Origin: Nemertoderma westbladi
Taxonomy: Eukaryota; Animalia; Xenacoelomorpha
NCBI GenBank assembly: GCA_032718475.1
Contig: JAUCBJ010004961.1
Span: 1 to 64,000, forward strand
Direction: 5' to 3'
Length of the DNA stretch: 64,000 bases
The position numbers and the translations under genes were made by a program. The number at the start of each line of letters is the position of its first letter. The stretch's first letter is position 1. Positions 1 to 10,000 of the stretch are shown in pieces. Under the pieces are notes generated by a model that was not told the DNA's origin, searched no databases, and saw nothing but the letters and a program-made list of their open reading frames with translations.

Positions 1-203
1 CCTCTCTATCGAGATATCTACCGATGTAGAGGTAACTCTACCGAAACCGATAGATGCTGTGCTACAGATACGAGTTGAATCTACAGGCGACGACCCCAAC
101 TGCTTCACAGTAGAGTTGCTAAGCAACAGAGCTGCTCGACGGATCTCCGCACCGCCACCGCCGCTAGAGAGCGACGATCCGGTTCGCCATCTACCGGCAG
201 TGC

Positions 204-316
204 GGAGTGGTTCGGATCCCCAGGTAGGTGATTCCAGTAGCCGCCGCTAGGGGGAGTGGTTCGGATCCCCAGGTAACTGATTCCTGTAGCCGCCGCTAGG
301 GGGAGTGGTTCGGACC
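204..316. repeat. 49-bp GC-rich tandem repeat, ~2.3 copies
   Basis: GGAGTGGTTCGGA recurs at 204, 253 and 302 (period 49). Unit is approximately GGAGTGGTTCGGATCCCCAGGTARSTGATTCCWGTAGCCGCCGCTAGGG. Confidence 0.9.
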
Positions 317-360
317 CTCAGATTGAATGCGAAATTTTATCAGTTTGGAATACATGAAAA

Positions 361-416
361 TAATTCCTAACATAATTATTCCTAACATAATTATTCCTAA
401 CATAATTATTCCTAAC
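361..416. repeat. 15-bp minisatellite (TTCCTAACATAATTA), ~3.5 copies
   Basis: Directly visible tandem copies. Confidence 0.92.
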
Positions 417-549
417 TTTCTGGAAGTGGCACATACAATAAGTATAAGTTGTTTATCTAGTATACATGTATATTATAATTAATATTAACATATTTCATAG
501 ATTTTTCAAATTAATATGTATCTACGCCTAATAGATCCGATAAGAATAA

Positions 550-1207
550 ATCAGAAATAACTCATTTGATATTCTGCTTTCGTGTATTGAGTTTTGCACA
601 CGTTGGAATTTGAGCAATCGCTTCGCTCGTCAATTGAATCTTCCAACTTCTGGAGTCTGAAGGTTATTAATAAATAAATATAAAAATTAATCAATAAAAA
701 TAACTGCGAATTAGTTCAAAACATTAAATTAGCGATAGACTGCGTAATTTTCAACTTCAGAAGAAGTTATATATATCACCTGAAAGAAGAGAATCTCACC
801 TTCAACCTGGTGCATACAGTTTGTTTCTGTGACTTAAAATAATGAAACGGCCATTAGTTGAAATTTTACAATTTTCCCACACTATACTACCGTGTAGTTT
901 AGCATATGTATAGTGATCGTCTGGCGCCGATTCAACTACTGTTATAAAGCTCATCAACAGCCCAATACAATGGGCCTATTGTCGTCGACATATAAGTCAA
1001 TGCTTCCTTCCTGACAGCTGATAAACAAAAGTATAGCCGAAACCAAGTCAGACCGGTTTAACTGTAACTCATATGAGTTTTCACCCAGTCAGAATAGATT
1101 TCATCAATAATTCCCACCAAGTAGAACTAACAATCGCAAAACTCATATTTGAGTTTGCACCACCAAGTAGAGATGGCGTTTTAGAAAATCCCTCACCAGT
1201 TTAAGGG
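550..1207 (-). mobile_element. Terminus of a putative piggyBac-family DNA transposon (other end not in window; left coordinate approximate)
   Basis: The minus strand reads TTAA|CCCTTAAACTGGTGAG, matching the TTAA + CCC(T) start typical of piggyBac. Palindromic subterminal motifs are GCAAAACTCATATTTGAGTTTGC (1136-1158) and AACTCATATGAGTT (~1066-1079), with partial copies near 556-600. No partner TIR or transposase is seen. Confidence 0.55.
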
Positions 1208-4200
1208 TTAATAACTAACGTTATTGGAAGCAGTTATATTCAGAAAGCTTAGCATATCTTATAGAATAACTAACGTTATTTGTAGCAGTTATATTCAGAA
1301 AGCTTAGCATATCTTATAGAATAACTAACGTTATTGGTAATAGTTATATTCAGAAAGCTTAGCATATCTTATAGAATAACTAACGTTATTTGTAGCAGTT
1401 ATATTCAGAAAGCTTAGCATATCTTATAGAATAACTAACGTTATTGGTAATAGTTATATTCAGAAAGCTTAGCATATCTTATATTAATAACTAACGTTAT
1501 TGGTAGCAGTTATATTCAGAAAGCTTAGCATATCTTATAGAATAACTAACGTTATTGGTAACAGTTATATTCAGAAAGCTTAGCATATCTTATAGAATAA
1601 CTAACGTTATTTGTAGCAGTTATATTCAGAAAGCTTAGCATATCTTATAGAATAACTAACGTTATTTGTAACAGTTATATTCAGAAAGCTTAGCATATCT
1701 TATAGAATAACTAACGTTATTGGTAGCAGTTATATTCAGAAAGCTTAGCATATCTTATAGAATAACTAACGTTATTGGTAATAGTTATATTCAGAAAGCT
1801 TAGCATATCTTATATTAATAACTATTGTTATTTGTAGCAGTTATATTCAGAAAGCTTAGCATATCTTATATTAATAACTAACGTTATTGGTAGCAGTTAT
1901 ATTCAGAAAGCTTAGCATATCTTATATTAATAACTAACGTTATTGGTAACAGTTATATTCAGAAAGCTTAGCATATCTTATAGAATAACTAACGTTATTG
2001 GAAGCAGTTATATTCAGAAAGCTTAGCATATCTTATATTAATAACTATTGTTATTTGTAGCAGTTATATTCAGAAAGCTTAGCATATCTTATATTAATAA
2101 CTAACGTTATTGGTAGCAGTTATATTCAGAAAGCTTAGCATATCTTATATTAATAACTAACGTTATTGGTAGCAGTTATATTCAGAAAGCTTAGCATATC
2201 TTATATTAATAACTAACGTTATTGGTAGCAGTTATATTCAGAAAGCTTAGCATATCTTATATTAATAACTAACGTTATTGGTAACAGTTATATTCAGAAA
2301 GCTTAGCATATCTTATAGAATAACTAACGTTATTGGAAGCAGTTATATTCAGAAAGCTTAGCATATCTTATATTAATAACTATTGTTATTTGTAGCAGTT
2401 ATATTCAGAAAGCTTAGCATATCTTATATTAATAACTAACGTTATTGGTAGCAGTTATATTCAGAAAGCTTAGCATATCTTATATTAATAACTAACGTTA
2501 TTGGTAGCAGTTATATTCAGAAAGCTTAGCATATCTTATATTAATAACTAACGTTATTGGTAGCAGTTATATTCAGAAAGCTTAGCATATCTTATATTAA
2601 TAACTAACGTTATTGGTAACAGTTATATTCAGAAAGCTTAGCATATCTTATAGAATAACTAACGTTATTGGAAGCAGTTATATTCAGAAAGCTTAGCATA
2701 TCTTATATTAATAACTATCGTTATTTGTAGCAGTTATATTCAGAAAGCTTAGCATATCTTATATTAATAACTAACGTTATTGGTAGCAGTTATATTCAGA
2801 AAGCTTAGCATATCTTATATTAATAACTAACGTTATTGGTAGCAGTTATATTCAGAAAGCTTAGCATATCTTATAGAATAACTAACGTTATTGGAAGCAG
2901 TTATATTCAGAAAGCTTAGCATATCTTATAGAATAACTAACGTTATTTGTAGCAGTTATATTCAGAAAGCTTAGCATATCTTATATTAATAACTAACGTT
3001 ATTGGTAACAGTTATATTCAGAAAGCTTAGCATATCTTATAGAATAACTAACGTTATTTGTAGCAGTTATATTCAGAAAGCTTAGCATATCTTATAGAAT
3101 AACTAACGTTATTGGAAGCAGTTATATTCAGAAAGCTTAGCATATCTTATAGAATAACTAACGTTATTTGTAGCAGTTATATTCAGAAAGCTTAGCATAT
3201 CTTATATTAATAACTAACGTTATTGGTAGCAGTTATATTCAGAAAGCTTAGCATATCTTATAGAATAACTAACGTTATTGGAAGCAGTTATATTCAGAAA
3301 GCTTAGCATATCTTATAGAATAACTAACGTTATTGGAAGCAGTTATATTCAGAAAGCTTAGCATATCTTATAGAATAACTAACGTTATTTGTAGCAGTTA
3401 TATTCAGAAAGCTTAGCATATCTTATATTAATAACTAACGTTATTGGTAGCAGTTATATTCAGAAAGCTTAGCATATCTTATAGAATAACTAACGTTATT
3501 GGAAGCAGTTATATTCAGAAAGCTTAGCATATCTTATAGAATAACTAACGTTATTTGTAGCAGTTATATTCAGAAAGCTTAGCATATCTTATATTAATAA
3601 CTAACGTTATTGGTAGCAGTTATATTCAGAAAGCTTAGCATATCTTATATTAATAACTAACGTTATTGGTAGCAGTTATATTCAGAAAGCTTAGCATATC
3701 TTATAGAATAACTAACGTTATTGGTAATAGTTATATTCAGAAAGCTTAGCATATCTTATATTAATAACTAACGTTATTGGTAGCAGTTATATTCAGAAAG
3801 CTTAGCATATCTTATAGAATAACTAACGTTATTTGTAGCAGTTATATTCAGAAAGCTTAGCATATCTTATAGAATAACTAACGTTATTGGTAACAGTTAT
3901 ATTCAGAAAGCTTAGCATATCTTATAGAATAACTAACGTTATTTGTAACAGTTATATTCAGAAAGCTTAGCATATCTTATAGAATAACTAACGTTATTTG
4001 TAGCAGTTATATTCAGAAAGCTTAGCATATCTTATAGAATAACTAACGTTATTGGAAGCAGTTATATTCAGAAAGCTTAGCATATCTTATAGAATAACTA
4101 ACGTTATTTGTAACAGTTATATTCAGAAAGCTTAGCATATCTTATAGAATAACTAACGTTATTGGAAGCAGTTATATTCAGAAAGCTTAGCATATCTTAT

Positions 4201-5196
4201 AGAATAACTAACGTTATTTGTAACAGTTATATTCAGAAAGCTTAGCATATCTTATAGAATAACTAACGTTATTGGAAGCAGTTATATTCAGAAAGCTTAG
4301 CATATCTTATAGAATAACTAACGTTATTTGTAACAGTTATATTCAGAAAGCTTAGCATATCTTATAGAATAACTAACGTTATTTGTAGCAGTTATATTCA
4401 GAAAGCTTAGCATATCTTATAGAATAACTAACGTTATTGGAAGCAGTTATATTCAGAAAGCTTAGCATATCTTATAGAATAACTAACGTTATTTGTAACA
4501 GTTATATTCAGAAAGCTTAGCATATCTTATAGAATAACTAACGTTATTGGAAGCAGTTATATTCAGAAAGCTTAGCATATCTTATAGAATAACTAACGTT
4601 ATTTGTAACAGTTATATTCAGAAAGCTTAGCATATCTTATAGAATAACTAACGTTATTTGTAGCAGTTATATTCAGAAAGCTTAGCATATCTTATAGAAT
4701 AACTAACGTTATTTGTAACAGTTATATTCAGAAAGCTTAGCATATCTTATAGAATAACTAACGTTATTTGTAGCAGTTATATTCAGAAAGCTTAGCATAT
4801 CTTATAGAATAACTAACGTTATTGGAAGCAGTTATATTCAGAAAGCTTAGCATATCTTATAGAATAACTAACGTTATTTGTAACAGTTATATTCAGAAAG
4901 CTTAGCATATCTTATAGAATAACTAACGTTATTTGTAGCAGTTATATTCAGAAAGCTTAGCATATCTTATAGAATAACTAACGTTATTGGAAGCAGTTAT
5001 ATTCAGAAAGCTTAGCATATCTTATAGAATAACTAACGTTATTTGTAACAGTTATATTCAGAAAGCTTAGCATATCTTATAGAATAACTAACGTTATTGG
5101 AAGCAGTTATATTCAGAAAGCTTAGCATATCTTATAGAATAACTAACGTTATTTGTAACAGTTATATTCAGAAAGCTTAGCATATCTTATATTAAT
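1208..5196. repeat. 55-bp AT-rich satellite, ~72 copies
   Basis: Unit AATAACTAACGTTATTKGWARYAGTTATATTCAGAAAGCTTAGCATATCTTATA(G/T). AATAAC at 1210, 1265, ... gives period 55. There is one HindIII site (AAGCTT) per unit. Confidence 0.98.
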
Positions 5197-5330
5197 CTTG
5201 TTTTAATGTATGATTTACTACAAACACACCGTAAATGAAGATGAATGTAGAAGGTGGTCGAACCGAGAAGGCCCATTACGCCGGTCACCTTTATATAGAT
5301 ATATATACAAAGATAAAACATCAATACACA

Positions 5331-5534
5331 TGCACTGTACTGTACTGTACTGTACTGTACTGTACTGTACTGTACTGCACTGTACTGTACTGTACTGTAC
5401 TGTACTGTACTGTACTGTACTGTACTGTACTGTACTGTACTGCACTGTACTGTACTGTACTGTACTGTACTGTACTGCACTGTACTGTACTGTACTGTAC
5501 TGTACTGTACTGTACTGTACTGTACTGTACTGTA
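5331..5534. repeat. (CTGTA)n pentanucleotide microsatellite, ~40 copies with occasional CTGCA variants
   Basis: Directly visible. It explains the CTVLY/QYSTV pseudo-ORFs. Confidence 0.98.
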
Positions 5535-5544
5535 AGCAGTGTAG

Positions 5545-5718
5545 ACTAAATTACAGAAATTAAATTTACATTTTAAGTGGCCATTTTGTATGGTTCATGC
5601 AAGTTTTACTGTATTAGAAATTACTAAATTATAGAAATTAAATTTACATTGTAAGTCAGTGGCCATTTACTGTAGGCATAGTATCAATGGTTCATGCAAG
5701 TTTTACTGTATTATAAAT
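5545..5718. repeat. Imperfect tandem duplication (~78-bp unit, second copy with insertions)
   Basis: ACTAAATTAYAGAAATTAAATTTACATT at 5545 and 5623. Both copies end in ATGGTTCATGCAAGTTTTACTGTATTA. Confidence 0.85.
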
Positions 5719-5740
5719 ATATAAAATTAGATTAATGTTT

Positions 5741-5765
5741 TAGAACGGTAGGCCCTATCGTTCTA
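5741..5765. other. Hairpin/palindrome (11-bp stem incl. one G-T pair, 3-nt loop)
   Basis: TAGAACGGTAG-GCC-CTATCGTTCTA, followed by CTAAT and CTAG. Confidence 0.75.
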
Positions 5766-6520
5766 CTAATACTAGAATACACACAGTTCTTTATGTTTTA
5801 ATATGGGATAATCGAATAATATTCTATAAACGGGATAAATAAATACGTGTAAAAAGCTTGAAAGCTTGAATTATTTGCTGATAAATAGGTGGGGGATAAT
5901 ATTGATGGATTATATTAGATTATATACTGTAGCATACGGATACGCAGTATATTTTACGGGTGATAGACAGATAAAAGAAGCATTTATTTGTTAAAATCAA
6001 TTGAAAAGGGTTTATTGTGTTTCTGATAGGTATTTAATGATTTTATTTTTGAAAATTTGAATTGAAGTTGATTGCCTTATAACGTTTGGTATGTTATTCC
6101 AAACTTCCGGAGCTCTGACCCTAATCGACTGTCTAGTTATCAGTAAACGATTTAGAGGTACATTTAGTTTGTTAGTTAACTTATTTTGTTATATCCCATT
6201 ACCTTATTCCTTATTTTCGCATCTAACCCAACTTAGACCGATTTTAACGTCACCTAACCTACTTCTGCACTACAGGTTGCGGTACATGTCTATGCAGCAC
6301 CAATCAACCCACCCCCGTCCGCCCACCTAGTCCAACCTGCTGTCCCCACCTACCCAACTCGTCTCAGCTACATCCCACTACCCACTGACGACGTCTACAC
6401 CACTGGGGTCTGTTACCTTAGTAACTATCAACAACAGTACGTATCAAAGTCCCCGGGCGATGTCCACAGACAGCAGTTTATCGGTAGTCGGCCCAGTGTA
6501 CAGAATCAGTCGCAACCAAA

Positions 6521-6625
6521 CCAGTTCCCCTCCAACCAAACTACACACTTACCGTCCCAGTTCCCATCCAACCAACCTACCCACTTACCGTCCCAGTTCC
6601 CCTCCAACCAACCTACCCACTTACC
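6521..6625. repeat. 36-bp C-rich minisatellite, ~3 copies
   Basis: CCAGTTCCCCTCCAACCAACCTACCCACTTACCGTC at 6521, 6557 and 6593. Confidence 0.92.
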
Positions 6626-7013
6626 ATCACACCAAGTCCAACACACCCAATTAAGGTATCCCATCCAAGCTCTTGGCTCTGGTGAATATATTTCTGAAAA
6701 GGTAAATAAAAATATATATATAAATATAATTGACAATTCGGGTAAATCACAGGGAATTTGATGAGGAAACTTATGTGCACCATAATGAGAGAGAATCTGT
6801 TTACTGTAATTTATGTACTCATGGCTTTTTTTCACAATGTCCCGTGAATGCTGATAAGGAGCACTTAACCTGCACTTAGTGGCTACTGGCAAGGCAAGTA
6901 CTGTTGTACCTCAAAATGGGTTCTAGAATTTTATTACTTGTTTTTAAGTTAAATGTTATCTTGTCATTCACCTTGCAGCCATGGAGATCGTTTAACTTCC
7001 TGATATTATTACT

Positions 7014-7030
7014 CGAGTGTGTCTCACTCG
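7014..7030. other. Short perfect hairpin abutting the first 44-bp monomer
   Basis: CGAGTG-TGTCT-CACTCG. The satellite starts at the next base (CATTGCCCCACCCACGG). Confidence 0.7.
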
Positions 7031-10000
7031 CATTGCCCCACCCACGGTGTAAGGCACAGAGCAAATGGAAAACTCATTTCCCACCCACGGTGTAAGGCAC
7101 AGAGCAAATGGAAAACTCATTGCCCCACCCACGGTGTAAGGCGCAGAGCAAATGGAAAACTCATTTCCCGACCCACGGTGTAAGGCACAGAGCAAATGGA
7201 AAACTCATTTCCCCACCCACGGTGTAAGGCGCAGAGCAAATGGAAAACTCATTTCCCCACCCATGGTGTAAGGCAGAGAGCAAATGGAAAACTCATTTCC
7301 CCACCCACGGTGTAAGGCACAGAGCAAATGGAAAACTAATTTCCCCACCCACGGTGTAAGGCACAGAGCAAATGGAAAACTAATTTCCCCACCCACGGTG
7401 TAAGGCACAGAGCAAATGGAAAACTCATTTCCCCACCCACGGTGTAAGGCACAGAGCAAATGGAAAACTCATTTCCCCACCCACGGTGTAAGGCACAGAG
7501 CAAATGGAAAACTCATTTCCCCACCCACGGTGTAAGGCACAGAGCAAATGGAAAACTCATTTCCCCACCCACGGTGTAAGGCACAGAGCAAATGGAAAAC
7601 TAATTTCCCCACCCACGGTCTAAGGCACAGAGCAAATGGAAAACTAATTTCCCCACCCACGGTCTAAGGCACAGAGCAAATGGAAAACTAATTTCCCCAC
7701 CCACGGTGTAAGGCACAGAGCAAATGGAAAACTCATTTCACCACCCACGGTGTAAGGCACAGAGCAAATGGAAAACTCATTTCCCCACCCACGGTGTAAT
7801 CCGCAGAGCAAATGGAAAACTAATTTCCCCACCCACGGTGTAAGGCACAGAGCAAATGGAAAACTCATTTCCCGACCCACGGTGTAAGCCGCAGAGCAAA
7901 AGGAAAACTCATTTCCCGACCCACGGTGTAAGGCACAGAGCAAATGGAAAACTAATTGCCCCACCCACGGTGTAAGGCACAGAGCAAATGGAAAACTCAT
8001 TTCCCACCCACGGTGTAAGGCACAGAGCAAATGGAAAACTCATTTCCCCACCCACGGTGTAATCCGCAGAGCAAATGGAAAACTAATTTCCCCACCCACG
8101 GTGTAAGGCACAGAGCAAAAGGAAAACTCATTTCCCGACCCACGGTGTAAGGCACAGAGCAAATGGAAAACTAATTGCCCCACCCACGGTGTAAGCCGCA
8201 GAGCAAATGGAAAACTCATTTCCCCACCCACGGTGTAAGGCACAGAGCAAATGGAAAACTCATTTCCCCACCCACGGTGTAAGGCACAGAGCAAATGGAA
8301 AACTCATTTCCCACCCACGGTGTAAGGCACAGAGCAAATGGAAAACTCATTTCCCCACCCACGGTGTAAGGCACAGAGCAAATGGAAAACTCATTTCCCC
8401 ACCCACGGTCTAAGGCACAGAGCAAATGGAAAACTAATTTCCCCACCCACGGTGTAAGGCACAGAGCAAATGGAAAACTCATTTCCCCACCCACGGTGTA
8501 AGCCGCAGAGCAAATGGAAAACTCATTTCCCCACCCACGGTGTAAGGCACAGAGCAAATGGAAAACTCATTTCCCCACCCACGGTGTAAGCCGCAGAGCA
8601 AATGGAAAACTCATTTCCCGACCCACGGTGTAAGGCACAGAGCAAATGGAAAACTAATTTCCCCACCCACGGTGTAAGGCACAGAGCAAATGGAAAACTC
8701 ATTTCCCCACCCACGGTCTAAGGCACAGAGCAAATGGAAAACTAATTTCCCCACCCACGGTGTAAGGCACAGAGCAAATGGAAAACTCATTTCCCCACCC
8801 ACGGTGTAAGCCGCAGAGCAAATGGAAAACTCATTTCCCGACCCACGGTGTAAGCCGCAGAGCAAATGGAAAACTAATTTCCCCACCCACGGTGTAAGGC
8901 ACAGAGCAAATGGAAAACTCATTTCCCCACCCACGGTCTAAGGCACAGAGCAAATGGAAAACTCATTTCCCCACCCACGGTGTAAGGCACAGAGCAAATG
9001 GAAAACTCATTTCCCCACCCACGGTCTAAGGCACAGAGCAAATGGAAAACTCATTTCCCGACCCACGGTGTAAGCCGCAGAGCAAATGGAAAACTAATTT
9101 CCCCACCCACGGTGTAAGGCACAGAGCAAATGGAAAACTCATTTCCCCACCCACGGTCTAAGGCACAGAGCAAATGGAAAACTCATTTCCCCACCCACGG
9201 TGTAAGCCGCAGAGCAAATGGAAAACTCATTTCCCCACCCACGGTCTAAGGCACAGAGCAAATGGAAAACTCATTTCCCCACCCACGGTGTAAGCCGCAG
9301 AGCAAATGGAAAACTCATTTCCCCACCCACGGTGTAAGGCACAGAGCAAAAGGAAAACTAATTTCCCCACCCACGGTGTAAGCCGCAGAGCAAATGGAAA
9401 ACTCATTTCCCCACCCACGGTGTAAGGCGCAGAGCAAATGGAAAACTCATTTCCCCACCCACGGTGTAAGCCGCAGAGCAAATGGAAAACTCATTTCCCC
9501 ACCCACGGTGTAAGCCGCAGAGCAAATGGAAAACTCATTTCCCCACCCACGGTGTAAGGCGCAGAGCAAATGGAAAACTCATTTCCCCACCCACGGTCTA
9601 AGGCACAGAGCAAATGGAAAACTCATTTCCCCACCCACGGTGTAAGCCGCAGAGCAAATGGAAAACTCATTTCCCCACCCACGGTCTAAGGCACAGAGCA
9701 AATGGAAAACTCATTTCCCCACCCACGGTCTAAGGCACAGAGCAAATGGAAAACTCATTTCCCCACCCACGGTGTAAGCCGCAGAGCAAATGGAAAACTC
9801 ATTTCCCCACCCACGGTCTAAGGCACAGAGCAAATGGAAAACTCATTTCCCCACCCACGGTCTAAGGCACAGAGCAAATGGAAAACTCATTTCCCCACCC
9901 ACGGTGTAAGCCGCAGAGCAAATGGAAAACTCATTTCCCCACCCACGGTGTAAGGCACAGAGCAAATGGAAAACTCATTTCCCCACCCACGGTGTAAGCC

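Noticed and set aside
612-630. GAGCAATCGCTTCGCTCG mini-hairpin reminiscent of non-autonomous element ends
   Set aside because: Too short, with no definable boundaries or partner end.
5187-5563. Cys-rich CTVLY / QYSTV repeat proteins
   Set aside because: Artefact of the (CTGTA)n microsatellite.
6220-6265. TAACCC/CCTAACCT motifs as telomeric repeats
   Set aside because: Isolated single motifs, not a tandem telomeric tract.
6651-6670. TTAA|GG as a Kolobok-type terminus
   Set aside because: No matching inverted end was found in the window.
6460-6892. Pro/Thr-rich and WDGKWVGW repeat ORFs
   Set aside because: They derive from the 36-bp minisatellite and C-rich skew, with no recognisable domain or gene structure.
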